A stretch of 64,000 nucleotides of DNA from the human T2T-CHM13v2.0 reference genome, Homo sapiens: the NCBI RefSeq assembly GCF_009914755.1, contig NC_060931.1. One strand, given 5' to 3'. A program made the translations under genes and the position numbers. This document shows positions 60,144 to 64,000 of this stretch, piece after piece (position 1 is the stretch's first letter; each line of letters opens with the position of its first letter). The notes beneath the pieces are model-generated. The model was not told where the DNA came from and did not search any database. It saw nothing but the letters and a program-made list of their open reading frames with translations.

Positions 60144-60425
60144 GGCCGGGCGCAGTGGCTCATGCCTGTAATCCCAACACTTTGGGAGGCCAAAGGCAGG
60201 TGGATCACCTGAGGTCAGGAGTTCAAGACCAACCTGGCCAACATGGTGAAACCCCGTCTCCACTAGAAATACAAAAATTAGCCAGGCGTGGTGGTGGGTG
60301 GCTGTAATCCCACTTACTCAGGAAGCTGAGGCAGGAGAATCACTTGAACCCAGGAGGTGGAGGTTTCAGTGAACCAAGATTGTGCCACTGCATTCCAGCC
60401 TGGTCAACAGGGTGAGACTCTGTCT

Positions 60426-60456
<31 letters not shown>
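60144..60456 (+). mobile_element. Alu (AluSx-like) with long A tail
   Basis: TSD aagt(t/a)gttactggg. Confidence 0.97.
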
Positions 60457-60459
<3 letters not shown>

Positions 60460-60706
60460 GTTACTGGGTACCTGGTATGTGGGACACCATGGGTCCACCA
60501 AGATTAGTGTCATCTGATGCTATTCTCATCACTCAAGAAGTTTTTAGTCTATGGAAGAGATGATTTTAGTAGCTATGCTCCCAATAAATAATTACCAATA
60601 CCCAGTAGTAAAAATTATACTAGTCATTTATACTTAACCCCTACTTGGCCCATGGAGATCATAACTTGACTTTAGATGATGTACCCTGAGACAATGGCTT
60701 GGCACA

Positions 60707-61138
60707 CGTAGTAGGCTGAAGGGTCGCCCCCACCAAAGATCCCCATGGATTAATCCCCAAGACCTAATAAACATGTCGCCTTACATGGCAAAAGGGAGTG
60801 CAGATGTGCTTGAGCTAAGGATCTTGAGATGCGGAGGTTCTTCTGGATGATCTTGGTGAGCCCGATGCAATCACAATGGTCCTTGTAAGGATCAGAGTCA
60901 GAGAAGGCAGTGTGGTGATGGGGACAGGGATGAAGGGCTGGGGACCAAAGAAGGTAGGCAGCTTCTTGAAGCTGGAAAAGGCAAGGAAATGGATTCTCTC
61001 TTGAGCTTCCAGATGGACTCCATCCCTGCTGACCTGTTTACCTTTCTGACCTCCAGAAGTGTAAGAGAATACATGTGTGTTGTTTTAAACCCCTGCATGT
61101 GTGATCATTTGTTATGGAAGCAGTAAGAAACTAATATA
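60707..61138 (+). mobile_element. MLT1D-like MaLR solo LTR
   Basis: ttacatggcaaaaggg...ctaaggatcttgagatg...gaagctggaaaaggcaaggaaatggattctc...aaactaatata. Confidence 0.88.
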
Positions 61139-61147
61139 CCATAGAAG

Positions 61148-61620
61148 TGTTAGGTTTTGAAGGGAAGGTGAGTGTTAAAGACAGAGAAAGAAAGGGGGAG
61201 GCTCTGCAGCAACACAGGCATATTGCAAAAACCTGCGGAAGCGGGGGATCAGCTTAATGCCAGAGCCCACCGCTTCTTACAGGCTGGGGTAATTTATCGG
61301 TCTGGGTGGGAGGGGTCTGGGCGGTATGGCTGGCTGCCTGGGAGGATATTGATAAGATGTCCCTATGATCAGGCAGTCTGACCCTTTTTTCTGGTGGAAT
61401 GTGATAGGATGTTCCTTGAACCTTTGCCCAGTGGATATACGATAGGGATGTTCCTTCAGCTGGGCCTTTTCCCACCAGGGCATAATAAGGATGTTCCTGC
61501 GCCTTGTGGTCAGGCGGTTAGGCAGATGTTTCTCATGGCCCATACCCCTGTGGAATGTTTCACTCTGACCAGTTTGCAAAATGGCGGGGGGCTTACAAAA
61601 TGGTGCAGCTTGGACTAACA
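61148..61620 (-). mobile_element. ERVL-class solo LTR (LTR32-like)
   Basis: tgttagg...cttacaaaatggtgcagcttggactaaca, 473 bp, TSD agaag/ataag. Confidence 0.75.
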
Positions 61621-61633
61621 ATAAGCCCCATAA

Positions 61634-61876
<243 letters not shown>

Positions 61877-62332
61877 TGAGGTAGGAGGCGGGATTCAACT
61901 CCGGAGGCAGGGCTCAGACTCCAGACTAGACTGAAGACTAGCTGAAACAGGAAATGAGACTACCAGTGCCATGTCAGTTTACCATTGTCATGGCAACACC
62001 GGAAGTTACCACCCCCTTTCTATGGCAACCACCTAAGGACTCAGAAGTTACCACCCTATTTCTAGACATCTTTGCATAATCCTCCCCTTAATTTGTATAT
62101 AATTAAAAATAAGTATGACTGCAGCCCTGCCTCTGAGCTGCTACTCTGGGCCCACTGCCTATGGGGTAGCCCTGCTCTGCAAGGACCAGGACCTCTGCTG
62201 CTGCTGTGTGTGCCCTGCTGCCTCAAAAGTTGCTGCCTAGCACTACCGGCTCCTCCTTGAATTTTTTTCTGGGCAAAGCCAAGAACTCTCCCAGGCTAAA
62301 CCCCAATTTTGAGGCTCGCTTGCCCTGCATCG
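61877..62332 (+). mobile_element. MER41C/D-like ERV1 solo LTR
   Basis: tgaggtaggaggcggg...catggcaacaccggaagttacc...ccctgcatc; perfect TSD attt. Confidence 0.85.
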
Positions 62333-63439
62333 ATTTCATTCCTAATAACTTGCCCCTTGCAACACACAGAGGGCCCTGTGCAGCATCAAAAGGGCTACCT
62401 TTAATTGAACATCAGCCAAGACTGGAAGGTAAATCATCTATTTTTCCCCCATCACCATGATGGCCTCTTTTAACCCTTCCCGGGGCAAAGAATACAAAAC
62501 CCTGCATGTGGCTAAACTAACAGAGGAAGGCTTCGGAGGTCCCTTATTCTTCAACCCAGTCTCCTAACAGCCATTCAACATGTTGGCGGGGAGGGAAAAG
62601 GAAAAAAAAAAAAAAAGGTCTTTTCAACATCTTTCTACCTTTCTGATGTCCAGACTTCTGTGAAAGACCAACTTCCCTCTTCAGGTGCCTGCTGTCTCTC
62701 AGCTCTGTGTTTTCTTTTGGTTAAAGATACGTTTTTAAAAATCAGGATATATAAATTCCCCATTTCAAGCCTACAACATCACAACATTCATCACATAAGC
62801 AAATAAAAGTAAACAGATCTATGAGGACCCTCCTCCCATCCCCGAGACTAAATCTGTAGGAAAGAAATTCCTCAGGGAAGGGAACATGCCTGCCTTGGTT
62901 TTTGTCTTCCTGTTATAGAATTTCTGCTGCTTTTCTAAAGACCGCGGGCTGTTCGCTGTTAAAGATCAGATCATTGGTTGGATGTGGCTCAACTGTGTGT
63001 GCGCCATCTACACTGATACCCTTTGCCTATTTCAAAAACAGAGCATGAGAAGCTCTAATTCCCATTTGCACACCAAGAGATCAAATATGAATTCTTCCCG
63101 AGGAAATGAGAATAAAATAGGCAGCCCAGAGATGCTTCTATGCCCCAATTATATCCCATTTTCAGGTTGTGTTCTACTTCTTAAAATGATAGAAAATTGT
63201 GGAGTGCTTCTAATCTGTGCCGTTTGGATTGAATCCATCTTCCCTGAATTGTTTTAAAGTGAGCTTGTGCTAAGAAGGGCTTTCAAAACAGCCAAGTAGC
63301 GGGTCTGGTTGGTTAGAGACCTGGTCAGTTGGAAAATATTTTATTTCTCTAAAATGTCACCCAATCAAGTCAAAAGCAAAATGTATCAGGTTTGAGTTCT
63401 ATGAGTTCTACAGATTTATTTTTATTTCTTTTCCACCAA

Positions 63440-64000
<561 letters not shown>

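Overview
This is primate (very probably human) non-coding genomic DNA. I found no protein-coding exon, RNA gene, CpG island or processed pseudogene; the ORFs I examined come from Alus, LTRs, L1s or simple repeats, or match nothing I recognise. The window holds about 46 Alu copies or fragments (roughly 20% of the sequence), about 18 solo LTRs (MaLR MLT1/THE1, ERVL MLT2/MER74/LTR32, ERV1 MER34/MER41/MER57), L1, L2, MIR and DNA-transposon fossils, and many microsatellites. Subfamily names are recalled from consensus sequences and were not searched; boundaries of old elements are approximate. I see no new gene system. The most interesting signal is structural: three local duplications of about 340 bp, a 21-bp templated insertion at an Alu 5' junction, several perfect fold-back hairpins inside repeats, an internally inverted Alu, two back-to-back 5'-inverted L1s, a twice-amplified E-box-rich 52-bp minisatellite inside an MLT1 LTR, and a 1-kb degenerate trinucleotide tract next to a MIR tail.
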